The notes: a model not told the origin generated them from the letters alone. A stretch of DNA of 64,000 nucleotides from an uncultured Acidobacteriota bacterium (GCA_963796275.1 CAWCKY010000003.1:1618737-1682736); one strand, 5' to 3'; shown: positions 37,101 through 47,373, counted from the first letter of the stretch. A program made the numbers and translations.

Positions 37101-37591
37101 GTGAGCGCAAGCGTAACCGGGTTGCGATTCGCAACCGGTAGATCGACGATGCGCGTGGCATCGATGTTCCCGCCACGCACCGGCGCTTCAGTCTGGAGCA
37201 ATGCGCCTGTCTCGGCCGTCACATCGACCGTCAGCTCCTGCGTTCCGGGAGAGAGTTCCGCGTCGACAGTCGAGGTGAGATTTGCGCTCACGACGATGTT
37301 CGATTTATTCACCACGCCGAAATTGGTCGCGTTGAATTTGACCGTATATGTCCCGAGATCGACCGCATCGAAGCGATAAACCCCATCTTTATTGGTCACC
37401 GTCGATCGGCTGACTGATGTCGCCGTATTCGTCAGTACGATGCTAGCGCCGGTGATCACGGCGCCGGTTGAATCGGTGATTACTCCGCTTACCGTGCCGC
37501 GGCTCGTTTGCGCGAACACCGCAAGCGATACCACTAGCAGTAAAAATGTAACGTTAAGTGCTCTTGCCTGCATATAGTCCCCTCCACTCAT
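34178..37591 (-). CDS. TonB-dependent receptor with carboxypeptidase-regulatory-like domain
   Basis: LPVANRN, SNYDAEFGRAGG, FVQDRWR, NNFAPTIG, C-terminal KLTF. Confidence 0.93.
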   Translation of the reverse strand: MSGGDYMQARALNVTFLLLVVSLAVFAQTSRGTVSGVITDSTGAVITGASIVLTNTATSVSRSTVTNKDGVYRFDAVDLGTYTVKFNATNFGVVNKSNIVVSANLTSTVDAELSPGTQELTVDVTAETGALLQTEAPVRGGNIDATRIVDLPVANRNPVTLALTLPGVSTNRFGFGVDTFVVNGGRGRSNNFLIDGTENNDISIAGQGFQIKNPDAVSEVSVQTSNYDAEFGRAGGAVVNVITKAGTNQYHGTVSWQYDSTRDDAITNTQSIIPEIADRGYPPYGTEHVFAGTFGGPVKFPRFGEGGPVLYDGKDRTFFFAAYQNQRQAFNETTNVLVPTAAGRANLRQLFPQGMNPRVDTYLAVTDGVVGVTNPNPIALGNDPVTGLDRGNIPFATAGTSFARTFVEPQFQIRIDHKISESSQLSGRYLYSNQSDPLGGADLGLPGFTTSQPNRFQNFLISETHVFTPTLTNELRLSYNRIALSFPLDPTNPLGLTLPSIEIDGITDSPTLGYDFGIQTNLPQGRVANNYVIQDTMTHVRGNHTFRFGFDLLQQRSRQFAPITERGSLIYNASADRTSFANFADDFSGSAGSANRTFGSPLYYPELFRQAYFVQDRWRMNEALTLTLGVRYENFGNPINSISTAAFTGLFNVDPVTFQGPYSQPSKVEPDNNNFAPTIGIAYSPEYQSGPLGSLFGQKKTVIRAGYQIGYDSFFNNIASNAATSSPNVVATQNVSQTTTGRGLANLSTLLPITARPLSPLDGQTLVDPQLVNPYYQRWSVGIQRELPSQLVVDFSYIGTKGTKLYMNEDRNPQVPANLRITPAGFTGSTTCTPNSPGCFISGRLDNLQGQRNIRSNSGSSSYQAGQIQVSRRFSNGLALTSAYTYSKLIDNNSELFASTGLSNSSLSIIPFPLGGERNERAVSLFDRTHRAVFSYVYDLPFMRNQKGARGQILGGWQISGVTTFESGVPYTVTNGQDSNGVGGNNDRPDLNPNGQAGVRAVPQVDSMNRFTGIYVNPDANNAPIDPSTARYIFLRQGSGLSGTAGRNTERSRGINNFDFSVQKQFRLTEGINLQFRTQFFNVFNHPQYGFASISPFAPNTAGPSANVFTTPAGQFLQPQLGDGGGRVIRYLLKLTF

Positions 37592-37906
37592 TTTGCCAGG
37601 ATGTTACAGTTTGTGATTTCCAACTTATTGGTACGTTGATTACAGTTTGTTGAATAAATTCATGGTTGCTTGCAAATTTGGAACTGTCTCCAAAGGCGTT
37701 GTCTTAATCTCAATCGGAATAAATAGCAATCGTCGTTCCGATATATCGTGTGGTTTTCTGTACTAGTAAGTTATTCGGAATGAATGCAATGAAACAGAGC
37801 AATCAGCATCGGCGATAATGTATGATCGGAAATTGGATAGGTTGTTCAAGATTTCGGATATCCTTGGAAAATTTGTCTCTCGTCTCCATCTTGGTTAACG
37901 AGAAAT

Positions 37907-40093
37907 ATGGAACAAAAATCCTCCTTTGGCAATCAGACGCTCACCGGTTCGGTAGAGCGGGTGACCTATCATAACGATCAGAACGGTTACACAGTCCTGC
38001 GACTGCTCATATCGGGACACAGCGAACCGCTAACTGTGACAGGAAATTTTTCTTCCGTCTCGCCTGGTGAAAGTCTCAGGCTGACAGGCCTATGGACGAG
38101 CCACCCACAATATGGCGATCAGTTCAAAGCCGTGGAGTACGCCGTCATTCGGCCCGCGACGATTGCTGGCATTCAGAAATATCTCGGTTCGGGGTTGATC
38201 AAAGGCGTCGGCCCGGTCACGGCCAGGCGGATTGTCGAACATTTCGGAGAAAGTACACTTGATGTAATAGAAAGCGACATCGCCCGCCTGGCCGAAGTCA
38301 AGGGCATTGCGCGCAAACGAATCGCGATGATTCAGAAGACCTGGCAGGATCAGCGGGCTATCAAGGATGTCATGTTATTCCTTCAGAGCCACTCGGTCTC
38401 GACCCATTTCGCCGTAAAAATATATAAACAGTATGGAAACGAATCGATTTCGATTGTCGAGCAGACGCCATACCGCCTGGCGTCAGAGGTATACGGCATC
38501 GGTTTCCGGACCGCCGATCAGATCGCGCGGAACCTCGGAATGCCTGCCGATGCCGAGGAGCGGATGCGCGCCGGCTTGCAATACGTATTGCTCCAGGCGA
38601 CTGATGAAGGCCATTGTTATTTGCCTTGGCAGGATTTGATCGAACGCTCGACCGTTATCCTCGAGGTGGATGAAAGGGAGAAGCTCGCTCGCGCGCTCGA
38701 GCAGATGCTCGACGAGGGGTTGCTGAAAACCGCGATGGATTCCAGCGAAAAATCGGTCTATCTGCCGCCTATCTGGCAATCCGAGCGCGGAGTTGCGCGC
38801 CGGCTGAGAACTTTGCTTGAAAAACCGCTTCGAGTCGACCGCCGGCGCATCGAGGACTGGCTCAACCGCTTTAACGTGAAGAAAGGGATAGAACTTTCCG
38901 ACGAACAGCGACAGGCCGTTCATCGAGCGGCCGCCGAGCGGGTATTCATCCTGACCGGAGGGCCGGGGACGGGAAAGACCTCTACGCTGCGTACGATGGT
39001 CGCACTCTTCTCGGCGATGGGCAGGAGCGTCCTGCTGGCGAGCCCGACCGGTAGAGCCGCACAGCGGCTCTCTGATGTGACCGGGCGCGAGGCGAAAACC
39101 ATTCATCGTCTGCTCGAATTCGATCCATCGCAGATGTCGTTCAAGCGCAACGAGGAATGGCCGCTGGAAGCCGACGTCGTGATCATCGACGAGTCATCGA
39201 TGATCGATATCGTGCTAGCCAATAGCTTGTTCAAAGCGATACATCCGGAATCGCAGTTGATATTGGTCGGAGACGTCGATCAACTGCCGTCGGTCGGGCC
39301 GGGAACGGTACTGAAGGATATTATCGATTCGGGGGCAGTGCCGGTCGCGCGGTTGACCCAGGTCTTCAGGCAGGCGGCCGAAAGCATGATCGTCCGGAAT
39401 GCGCATCGCATCAACCGCGGCGATTTTCCCCGACTCGTCAAACCCGGCGAGCAGAAGAGCGATTGTTATTTCATAGAAGCCGATGAGCCGGATGAGATCG
39501 TCGAATTGCTCGTCAAGTCGGTTGCGAAGAGCCTCCCGCGCCGCTTCGGTTATGATCCGATGAAAGATATACAGGTACTTGCGCCGATGAATCGCGGACG
39601 CGTCGGCGCGCATCAACTCAACTCGCTGCTGCAGGCCGCGCTCAATCCGCCCGGGGCGGGGAAGACCGAGTTGGCGCGCGGCAGCCGCATTTTGCGCGTC
39701 GGCGACAAGGTGATTCAGCGAGTCAATAACTATAAGCTGGAGGTATTCAACGGCGATGTAGGGATGATTGAAAACATAGAGCTGGAAGATCAGATGATCG
39801 CCGTGCGTTTCGCCGATCGCGTGGTCGAGTATGACTATGCCGATATCATGGACCTCGCTCACGGATTCGCAGTTTCAATCCATAAGTCCCAGGGCAGCGA
39901 ATATCCCACGGTCGTGATACCGCTCCACGTACAGCATTTCCTGATTCTCAGTCGAAATTTGCTATACACCGCGCTGACCAGAGCGAAGAAGACGGTCGTG
40001 ATGATCGGAATGGCCAGGGCAATCGGAATGGCGATGCACAATCTGGAAGCATCGCGCAGGTTCACAAGTTTGGCGAAGGAGCTTCAACACTGA
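37907..40093 (+). CDS. recD2: ATP-dependent RecD2 (RecD-like) helicase
   Basis: N-terminal OB and HhH (YLGSGLIKGVG), GGPGTGKT, IIDESSM, GDVDQLPSVG and HKSQGSEY. Confidence 0.95.
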   Translation: MEQKSSFGNQTLTGSVERVTYHNDQNGYTVLRLLISGHSEPLTVTGNFSSVSPGESLRLTGLWTSHPQYGDQFKAVEYAVIRPATIAGIQKYLGSGLIKGVGPVTARRIVEHFGESTLDVIESDIARLAEVKGIARKRIAMIQKTWQDQRAIKDVMLFLQSHSVSTHFAVKIYKQYGNESISIVEQTPYRLASEVYGIGFRTADQIARNLGMPADAEERMRAGLQYVLLQATDEGHCYLPWQDLIERSTVILEVDEREKLARALEQMLDEGLLKTAMDSSEKSVYLPPIWQSERGVARRLRTLLEKPLRVDRRRIEDWLNRFNVKKGIELSDEQRQAVHRAAAERVFILTGGPGTGKTSTLRTMVALFSAMGRSVLLASPTGRAAQRLSDVTGREAKTIHRLLEFDPSQMSFKRNEEWPLEADVVIIDESSMIDIVLANSLFKAIHPESQLILVGDVDQLPSVGPGTVLKDIIDSGAVPVARLTQVFRQAAESMIVRNAHRINRGDFPRLVKPGEQKSDCYFIEADEPDEIVELLVKSVAKSLPRRFGYDPMKDIQVLAPMNRGRVGAHQLNSLLQAALNPPGAGKTELARGSRILRVGDKVIQRVNNYKLEVFNGDVGMIENIELEDQMIAVRFADRVVEYDYADIMDLAHGFAVSIHKSQGSEYPTVVIPLHVQHFLILSRNLLYTALTRAKKTVVMIGMARAIGMAMHNLEASRRFTSLAKELQH

Positions 40094-40109
40094 GAACGGT
40101 GAGGCGGAA

Positions 40110-40232
40110 ATCAGGTATCATTTTACATTTATCATTTTATATTTGTAATTTTACATTTGTCGTTTTTAGTAACCACTTCTCTTCAATGACAAATTACAAA
40201 TGTAAAATTACAAATGTAGAATGATACCTGAT
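40110..40232. repeat. Heptamer (ATTTTAC/CATTTGT) inverted repeat between convergent genes
   Basis: ATCAGGTATCATTTTACATTT...AAATGTAGAATGATACCTGAT; same family as 11785-11936. Confidence 0.8.
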
Positions 40233-40251
40233 CTGTCCCGAGCCACCTCTG

Positions 40252-40671
40252 TTAATTGCAGAACTTATCGAAAGCCTTGACCAATTCGCCCGCTATCTCT
40301 TCGGCGCCGCGCCCTTCGATCTGATACCGTTCCAATATATGGACGACGTTGCCGTTCTGCAGCAGCGCGATCGATGGCGAAGATGGCTGATAACCCTTGA
40401 AATAACTGCGCGCGCGCTCGGTCGCTTCGATATCGGCGCCGGCGAACACCGTGATCATTTTATTCGGCAGGACGCTGTGATTTAACGCGAGCGCGACTCC
40501 GGGGCGAGCCTTGCCTGCGGCACAACCGCAGACCGAATTGACGATGACCATGACGGTCCCCTGTGTATCGCTGATCGCCGCATCTACCTGGTCGGGCGTG
40601 CGAGTTTCCTCGATACCCAACTTGGTCAGGTCTTCCCTCATAGGCTTAATCAAAAGCTCTGAATATGGCAT
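40252..40671 (-). CDS. BrxA/BrxB (YphP/YqiW) family bacilliredoxin
   Basis: VNSVCGCAAGKARP (CGC motif), TVFAG.D.EAT..AR.YF and PSSPSIAL. Confidence 0.92.
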   Translation of the reverse strand: MPYSELLIKPMREDLTKLGIEETRTPDQVDAAISDTQGTVMVIVNSVCGCAAGKARPGVALALNHSVLPNKMITVFAGADIEATERARSYFKGYQPSSPSIALLQNGNVVHILERYQIEGRGAEEIAGELVKAFDKFCN

Positions 40672-40904
40672 AACTTCTCCTTTTATGAATTTGTAGTGAA
40701 GGCAAAGATAATATGCCCATATCCTAAATACAAATCATCAATACAAATCATCGCATCCTGTCCAATAAAATCGCGGAAAACACGGGAAGATAATCGATAA
40801 TTGATAGTTCGGGAGCGCCCTCGAAACAATCTTATCCGAATTATCAATTATCAATTTTCTTCCCGTGTTTTCCGCGGTTGATCATCCGATCCGAGAATCG
40901 GAGG

Positions 40905-42912
40905 TTACGGCAGACCATCCAGGAAAGCGCGATGGCTGCTGGAAAACTCGAAATTATTAAACCTATCCCAATTGATAGACCAAGTCATGAGACCTCTGAA
41001 ATCGGGATAGCCTGCGGGATTGCGCAGCATATACCGCCCGCCGAACGACTGGCCCCGGATGATGTAATTGAGCGCACGCTGCACCTCTGCCGGCGGAGTG
41101 TAACCGCTGCCGGCCGCTTGAGTCGCCGCGGGAAGCCCGATCGCAACCTGGTCCGGTCTCAACGCCGGGAAGAACATGCTCTGATTCCCAGCCACGGGGA
41201 ATCCCTGTAACAACATATCGGCCATGGCGCACATGGAAATCGGCGTTGGCCGAGCTGTAAGCCACGCCATCGAGCCCGAACACCGATCCCGTGTTGTAGT
41301 GTTGTACGTGGATGAAAGTCAATTTGTCTCTCACGCCGTGTATCACCGGGAGATATGCTCCGGCGCTACCGCCGTAGTTGGCGAACCCGACTTGAACGAA
41401 GAACGTCTCGGGTGCCATCGAAAGGATGAAGTTCGGGCCAAAATTATTGGCCAGGGTTCTGAGCGCTGAGATGAGGTTGATGATCTTCGGCGTCGTCGGA
41501 TTCCTGAAGTCAGTATCGCCCGCGCCGAGCGTCACTGAACTTCCTTCGAAATCGACATCGATCCCATTGAACCCATATTGGTTGATGATCCCGGTGATCG
41601 AGTTGATGAAGTTCTGCCGATCAGTCTCGGTCGGGAGTTCCACGTGACCATTGGCGCCGCCGATCGACAGAAGCACCTTCTTCCCTTCGCTCTTAAGTTG
41701 CGCAATATCGGCCTCTACCTCAGCGGCTGTAGTGCGCACATCGGGAACGAACTGTATGGTAGAGAAGCTGCCGGGAACCGGCTCACCGAAGGCAACATCG
41801 ATGACGTCGAAATCTCTAGAGACATCGCGCAGTCTGATGAAGCCCGAACCATTGTCGAAATTATGCCAGTAGCCGACGATAATTTTTCCGGGAAGCTGCC
41901 CGCCGCCTCCCCCACCACCGCTTTGCGTAGTCGCGCTCACCGAATTGCTCGCGCCGGACACATTGCCAGCGGCATCTTCGGCCCTGATCGTGAACGTGTA
42001 AGTCGTGTTCGGAGTCAGACCGGATACGGTGAAAATTGTCGACATCGCCATTCCAATAGGAGTCGTGCTGGCTCCTTGGAAGACATCGTATCCCGTCACC
42101 CCGACGTTATCGCTCGCGGCATTCCAGGCGATCGAGATGCTGGTGGATGTGGTAGCCGTCACCCGCAGGTTTCCCGGCACCGACGGCGCTTGCGTGTCGC
42201 CGCCGCCCCCACCGTCTCCCGTAACAAATAACCAGAGCGCCGGCACATTGAGTGGCTCCCAACCCGTCAGCGATGTGTGGTTCTGCCGGCATTCGTAGAC
42301 GCTCCCTTGATAGGTGACTCGCGTCCCGATCGTGTAGGGAGTGTTGGCGGCCCATGGTGCCGGTTGCGTGCCTCCTCCGCCGCTCTGTGTGGTCGCGCTG
42401 ACGGCATTGCTGGCGGCCGAGAAATTGCCGGCCGCATCCCTCGCCCTGACGGTGAAGCTGAAGGTGGTGGCTGATGAGAGACCGGTGGCGGTGAAGGTGG
42501 TGGAAGATGTGGCGCCGATGGGAGTGCCGCCGCGCAAGACATCGTAGCCCGTGACGGCGACATTATCGGAAGAGGGGTTCCAGGCGAGGGAGACGCTCGA
42601 GGATGTGGTGGCGGTGACCTGCAGGTTCGCCGGAGCGGATGGGGATTGAGTATCGCCGCCGCCGCCGCCCCCACCGGAGATATGTAACCATAGAGCGGGC
42701 GTGCTGGGAGGCTCCCAGGAGACGATCGAGCTGTGAGCCTGGCGGCACTGGTAGGTGCTGCCCTGGTAGCTGACCTGAGCTCCGACGGAATATGATGTGT
42801 TAGCTGACCAGGCCGGAATCTGCTGTGCCGAGACCGCTATCAGGACGACGGTCATTGCCGCGAATATTGCGATTACATTCAACCAATGTTTAAGAAATCT
42901 ATTTTCTGACAT
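40905..42912 (-). CDS. GH18 chitinase (CBM5/12-Fn3-CBM5/12-Fn3-GH18, ChiD-like catalytic domain); frameshift near 41230
   Basis: VGYWHNFDNG, LSIGGA, GFNGIDVDFEG and GLMTWSINWD; AW...Y..G..V.Y.G..Y.CRQ.H...WEP..PALW CBMs. Confidence 0.9.
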
Positions 42913-43051
42913 TATCTCTCCTTATTTAATCGAGGCATCTGACGACAAAACAAACTCAAAAACACAGAAAGGCACGGGTAAGGAAATCTGCAGTCAAGTA
43001 TCTTCATACTTTTCTTTTAGCCTCTATATGTTTTGTGGTTATACCTCTTCA

Positions 43052-45304
43052 TCATCTCAACCCATTGGAGATGGCGTTTATCAGCTCACCATTCGCCGTA
43101 TCGTCTGTGAGGTTCCAGAACATCATTCCTCCCAGTCCCTGCGTCTTAACATAATCTGCCTTGTTAGTGAGCGAGACCGGATCGTCGAAACTCCAGAACG
43201 TCGATCCGTTGAATATCCAATAAGCTTGCGCTTCGGGATGCCGGAAAGCCGGATAACCGAGCTGCTTGAGATTTTTATACGACCTTACTCCGGGTTCTTC
43301 AGGGAAGTCTCCGGGCGCAGGGCCCTGAGCAGGCTGGTTGAGACCATTATTCGCATTGGTCACTCCGGTCCATCCCCGCCCATAGAAAGGCACAGTCAAC
43401 AAAATCTTATTCGCAGGGAAGCCTCTTGATCTCCACTGCTGGATGGCAAAGTCGCTGTAATAATTGTTGAGCGGAGGAGTCGACGGCATTCCGCCCCAGG
43501 CGAATAGCGCGCTTTGAAAGGCGGTCGGGCCGGTTGGATTAAAGCCGCCGAAGAAATCAAAGGTCATGACGCTGATGAAATCGAGGTGAGGCACGAGCGG
43601 AGCGATCACCATTCTCTCGATCTTGTCGATGCCTGCGGCCACGGCAGCCGTGAGTTCATAGCGTCTACCCGTCTGCGCGCCTTTGACATCCAACTGCCTG
43701 CGAAATTCTGCCACCAGCTCGACGAAGTTTTGCGGGTCTTCAGGTCGTGACATGCAGCCGGGTTGCCCCACACAAATGCCGATCGGGTATTCCCAATCGA
43801 GGTCAATGCCATCGAAGACGCCGGCGAGCGCGCCCGGACCGCCAGCATTGTCGACAACAGGCAGATCGCCATCGATGAAGACGCGAATGCATTCTGCGAC
43901 GAATGACTGGCGGTTTTGCGGCAGCGCGGCATCGGAGAATCCGCCCGACCAGGACCAACCTCCGAGTGAAATCATAACCTTAAGGTGCGGGTACTTGGCC
44001 TTGAGTTTCTTGAGCTGGCCCCAGTTGCCGCGCAACGGCGTGTTGAACATGTCGCCGATTCCATCAACGCTCTCGCCGGCAGGAGTTGACCTCACGTAAT
44101 CCGCCCACGCGTCGCCCACTCCTGGTTGCGTAACACCGACCAGGGGCCTGCTGTTCACGATATTAGCGAATGCATAGTTGATGTGAGTCAGCCTGGTCGC
44201 CGAACCACTCGTATCGACATTTTTGACGAAGTATTGACGGCCATAAATTCCCCACTGCGCGAAATAACCGACAATCCGCCTTCCTGCCGGTGGAGGCGGG
44301 GGTGGTGGCGGATCGTTCGTCGTAGTAGCCATGACCGCGTTGCTGTCGGTTGAGGAATTGCCGGCGGCGTCTTTCGCTCTTGCGGTGAATGAATAAGTAG
44401 TGTTGGCAGAAAGGCCAGAGACCGTAAAGGTTGTTGCCCCTGTCGCCCCAGCCAGGGCCGCGTTTCTGAACACGTCGTATCCTGTGACACCGATGTTGTC
44501 TGTCGATGCGTTCCAGGCGAGCGAGACGCTGGTGGATGTGGTAGCCGTCACCCGCAGGTTTCCCGGCACCGACGGCGCTTGTGTGTCGCCGCCACCCCCG
44601 CCGTCTCCGCCGTCTCCCGTAACCAATGACCATAACGCCGGCGCATTGGGCGGCTCCCAACCCGTCAGCGATGTGTGGTTCTGCCGGCATTCGTAGACGC
44701 TCCCTTGATAGGTGACCCGCGTCCCGATCGTGTAGGGAATATTGGCAGCCCAGAGTGACGGTTGCGTGCCTCCTCCGCCGCTCTGTGTGGTCGCGCTGAT
44801 GGCAATGCTGGCGGCCGAGAAATTGCCGGCCGCATCCCTCGCCCTGACGGTGAAGCTGAAGGTGGTGGCTGATGAAAGACCGGTGGCAGTGAAGGTGGTG
44901 GAAGATGTGGCGCCGATGGGAGTGCCGCCGCGCAAGACATCATAGCCCGTGACGGCGACATTATCGGAAGAGGGGTTCCAGGCGAGGGAGACGCTCGAGG
45001 ATGTGGTGGCGGTGACCTGCAGGTTCGCCGGAGCGGATGGGGATTGAGTATCGCCGCCGCCGCCCCCACCGGAGATATGTAACCATAGAGCGGGCGTGCT
45101 GGGAGGCTCCCAGGAGACGATCGAGTTGTGAGCCTGGCGGCACTGGTAGGTGCTGCCCTGGTAGCTGACCTGAGCTCCGACGGAATACGATGTGTTAGCT
45201 GACCAGGCCGGAATCTGCTGTGCCGAGACCGCTATCAACAGAAGACTAACTGCTGTGATGGCAATGAATATCGACCGGAGCTTAGACACATTTCTTTGTT
45301 GCAT
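43052..45304 (-). CDS. GH18 chitinase (CBM5/12-Fn3-CBM5/12-Fn3-GH18 with insertion domain, ChiA/ChiC-like)
   Basis: VGYFAQWGIYGR, THINYAF, SLGGWSWS, FDGIDLDWEYP and GLGGMMFW. Confidence 0.93.
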   Translation of the reverse strand: MQQRNVSKLRSIFIAITAVSLLLIAVSAQQIPAWSANTSYSVGAQVSYQGSTYQCRQAHNSIVSWEPPSTPALWLHISGGGGGGDTQSPSAPANLQVTATTSSSVSLAWNPSSDNVAVTGYDVLRGGTPIGATSSTTFTATGLSSATTFSFTVRARDAAGNFSAASIAISATTQSGGGGTQPSLWAANIPYTIGTRVTYQGSVYECRQNHTSLTGWEPPNAPALWSLVTGDGGDGGGGGDTQAPSVPGNLRVTATTSTSVSLAWNASTDNIGVTGYDVFRNAALAGATGATTFTVSGLSANTTYSFTARAKDAAGNSSTDSNAVMATTTNDPPPPPPPPAGRRIVGYFAQWGIYGRQYFVKNVDTSGSATRLTHINYAFANIVNSRPLVGVTQPGVGDAWADYVRSTPAGESVDGIGDMFNTPLRGNWGQLKKLKAKYPHLKVMISLGGWSWSGGFSDAALPQNRQSFVAECIRVFIDGDLPVVDNAGGPGALAGVFDGIDLDWEYPIGICVGQPGCMSRPEDPQNFVELVAEFRRQLDVKGAQTGRRYELTAAVAAGIDKIERMVIAPLVPHLDFISVMTFDFFGGFNPTGPTAFQSALFAWGGMPSTPPLNNYYSDFAIQQWRSRGFPANKILLTVPFYGRGWTGVTNANNGLNQPAQGPAPGDFPEEPGVRSYKNLKQLGYPAFRHPEAQAYWIFNGSTFWSFDDPVSLTNKADYVKTQGLGGMMFWNLTDDTANGELINAISNGLR

Positions 45305-45658
45305 GATTCATCCCCTCTAATAAGAAGACGGTGACTCTCCCGTCTTGATTAACCCGCATTGATAATGCTGAACAGGTAAGTTGTGAGCTTGCGACTTCGA
45401 TTATCACTAAATAATCTTGAAAGGGTTTGTTGGGTAACCGGAGTCAGAAGTAATCGCGATCGGATGATGAGTCAACCGTCTTACAGTAATGTTTACGGTT
45501 AATTAACAAGTTAACGGGTATGTGCGTTGAGCTTAACGGTAAATTGCCGTCGCGCGCGCAAAACCAGGGGTGATTTTGGGCGCTGTAAATCTGTCGCAAT
45601 CGAAAAATTACGTGTACTATACGTTTACTATAAAAGCGGAAATTGATACTCGCACTTC

Positions 45659-46324
45659 ATGGAAAGACTCTGGGTTTACAAATTAACGCGAATAGTCGTA
45701 GCTGCAGTATTTCGTCTCTATTTTCGCACTGAATATGCAGGAATTGAGAACGTGCCGGAAGAAGGCGCGATGATCGTCGCGCCGAATCACGTCAGCTACC
45801 TTGATCCTATCTGGGTATCGATCCCGTTTGAGAGACCGCTGCGGTACATGACCTGGGACAGGATGACTGGGATACCACTTCTGGGAAGATTGATGCGCGC
45901 ATATGGCGCATTTCCTGTGAATATCGAGAGTCCGAGCGGGGATCGGACGGCGCTGCGCCAATCGCTGTTACACTTGCGTGCGGGAGGGGGGCTGGTGATC
46001 TTTCCCGAGGGAGCGCGCACGCGCGATGGAAAACTGATGCCGTTCAAGGCGGGTGTGATCCGGCTGGCGCTCGATACGGGGGTCCCGATAGTTCCGGTGA
46101 CGATCATCGGAGGATACAAAGCATATTCACCGCATCATTATTTACCGCGACCATACAAGTTGAAAGTCGTGTATCACGAACCGATCAAACTGAATCGCCC
46201 GCCCGATACGATACAGATGAAAGACTACCTGCGCGATGAGGTTGAGAGACTACGTCTGACAGTTGCTTCGGCATTACCACATGAAGCGTTGGCTCTGACC
46301 GAACAGCAAGCGATGGAATCGTGA
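45659..46324 (+). CDS. plsC: 1-acyl-sn-glycerol-3-phosphate acyltransferase
   Basis: NHVSYLD, IFPEGART and VPIVPV motifs. Confidence 0.9.
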   Translation: MERLWVYKLTRIVVAAVFRLYFRTEYAGIENVPEEGAMIVAPNHVSYLDPIWVSIPFERPLRYMTWDRMTGIPLLGRLMRAYGAFPVNIESPSGDRTALRQSLLHLRAGGGLVIFPEGARTRDGKLMPFKAGVIRLALDTGVPIVPVTIIGGYKAYSPHHYLPRPYKLKVVYHEPIKLNRPPDTIQMKDYLRDEVERLRLTVASALPHEALALTEQQAMES

Positions 46325-46412
46325 TGAAAAACTCGTTTGAAGGCCTGTCTCACTAATATCGCTGGCTTGATTCAGGGGGGGATGTGAACAGCCTTGGAAG
46401 TAGAGATTTGCT

Positions 46413-46450
46413 GGCGGCGAGCTCGGCTGGTTAGAGCGAGGGATTCATAA
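46413..46450 (+). other. Degenerate 5' half of tRNA-Met (att-site remnant)
   Basis: GGCGGCG-AGCTCGGCTGGTTAGAGCGAGGGATTCATAA matches 54569-54607 with one deletion and one substitution; identity ends at the anticodon loop. Confidence 0.85.
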
Positions 46451-46520
46451 AAATTCTGTCAGATATCTTACTAATTATCCTTTACAATCAATCACTTAGC
46501 TCCCTAAATTCCATAGATAG

Positions 46521-46943
46521 TTATAGAAAAACATCTGTTGATGTGTGAAAAAAGTCAGCCAAAGCTTTAGCGTGTGCTTTGCTAATCCCACGCTTCCCGT
46601 GAAGAACCTCAGACACAACGCTTTTAGACTTAAAGATAGCTACCAAATCTGCCTGCTTTAAATTATTGGCAGCCATCAATTCGCTCAACACTTCCAAAGG
46701 AGTGGCTGATTTTGGTCTGTAAAACCTCTGTTCGAATTCCTGGATCAAATGAACCAGAAGATTAAACAGTTTCTCTTCCTCAGGTGATAATTCATCTCCT
46801 TTATCCATCAAGTCTTCAACTATAGCCAGCATTCGATCATTATCTTCTTCGGTTTCAATAATCGTTGGCATAGCAGAAGCAACCAGGCGTGAATATTCCT
46901 TCTGATCAATCTTTGCAATCGCTTTTCCACTTGTCCTTGTCAT
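46521..46943 (-). CDS. higA: HigA family antitoxin (HTH)
   Basis: LLVHLIQEFE, LKQADLVAIF.SKSVVSEVLHGKRGISK..AKALADFF. Confidence 0.9.
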   Translation of the reverse strand: MTRTSGKAIAKIDQKEYSRLVASAMPTIIETEEDNDRMLAIVEDLMDKGDELSPEEEKLFNLLVHLIQEFEQRFYRPKSATPLEVLSELMAANNLKQADLVAIFKSKSVVSEVLHGKRGISKAHAKALADFFHTSTDVFL

Positions 46944-47205
46944 AATCTGAATGTGTTAATATCTTCTTAATATAAATCGTGAATCTTTTGTAATCGATTC
47001 TTGCGATCAATCTATAATTATTTCCACCTATATTAAAGATGATGCATTTTCGATATCCATCAGCAGAGCTGAATGTCTTTTTGACATCATCAAAGCTACT
47101 CCAATTAGATTTTTCCACAATCTTATACCAACCATTGAGTGGGGAATCCCCTTTTGGATGTTTTTCGATGAACTTTCTGATAGTGCCATATGAGATTACA
47201 CGCAT
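46906..47205 (-). CDS. higB: HigB family toxin
   Basis: MRVIS, L..WY, W.SF.DVKKTF.SAD, IFNIGGNNYRLI and LTHSDYDK; lies upstream of and overlaps higA. Confidence 0.92.
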   Translation of the reverse strand: MRVISYGTIRKFIEKHPKGDSPLNGWYKIVEKSNWSSFDDVKKTFSSADGYRKCIIFNIGGNNYRLIARIDYKRFTIYIKKILTHSDYDKDKWKSDCKD

Positions 47206-47317
47206 CGTAAATAATCCTAATCCCACTTGATTTTAAATTGTCCACCGCCTTACCTCCGATTCCGATCTGTTTAATCCTTAATTCGTCGTCATCCTCTGCG
47301 ACGGCTGTAATAGATGT

Positions 47318-47373
47318 GGTTCGCATAATGTGAACCACTGCGCCAGGTTCGCATTTTGTGAACCGCTTGTCAA
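47318..47373 (-). promoter_or_regulatory. higBA promoter with two palindromic operators
   Basis: GGTTCGCATAATGTGAACC (47318-47336) and GGTTCGCATTTTGTGAACC (47346-47364) next to a minus-strand TTGACA. Confidence 0.65.

Noticed and set aside
37907-40093. RecD2 as part of a defence or mobile system
   Set aside because: Stand-alone housekeeping-type recD2 with no nuclease or mobile neighbours
46413-46450. Second functional tRNA
   Set aside because: Only the 5' half is present, with a deletion at position 8 and no T arm or acceptor 3' strand
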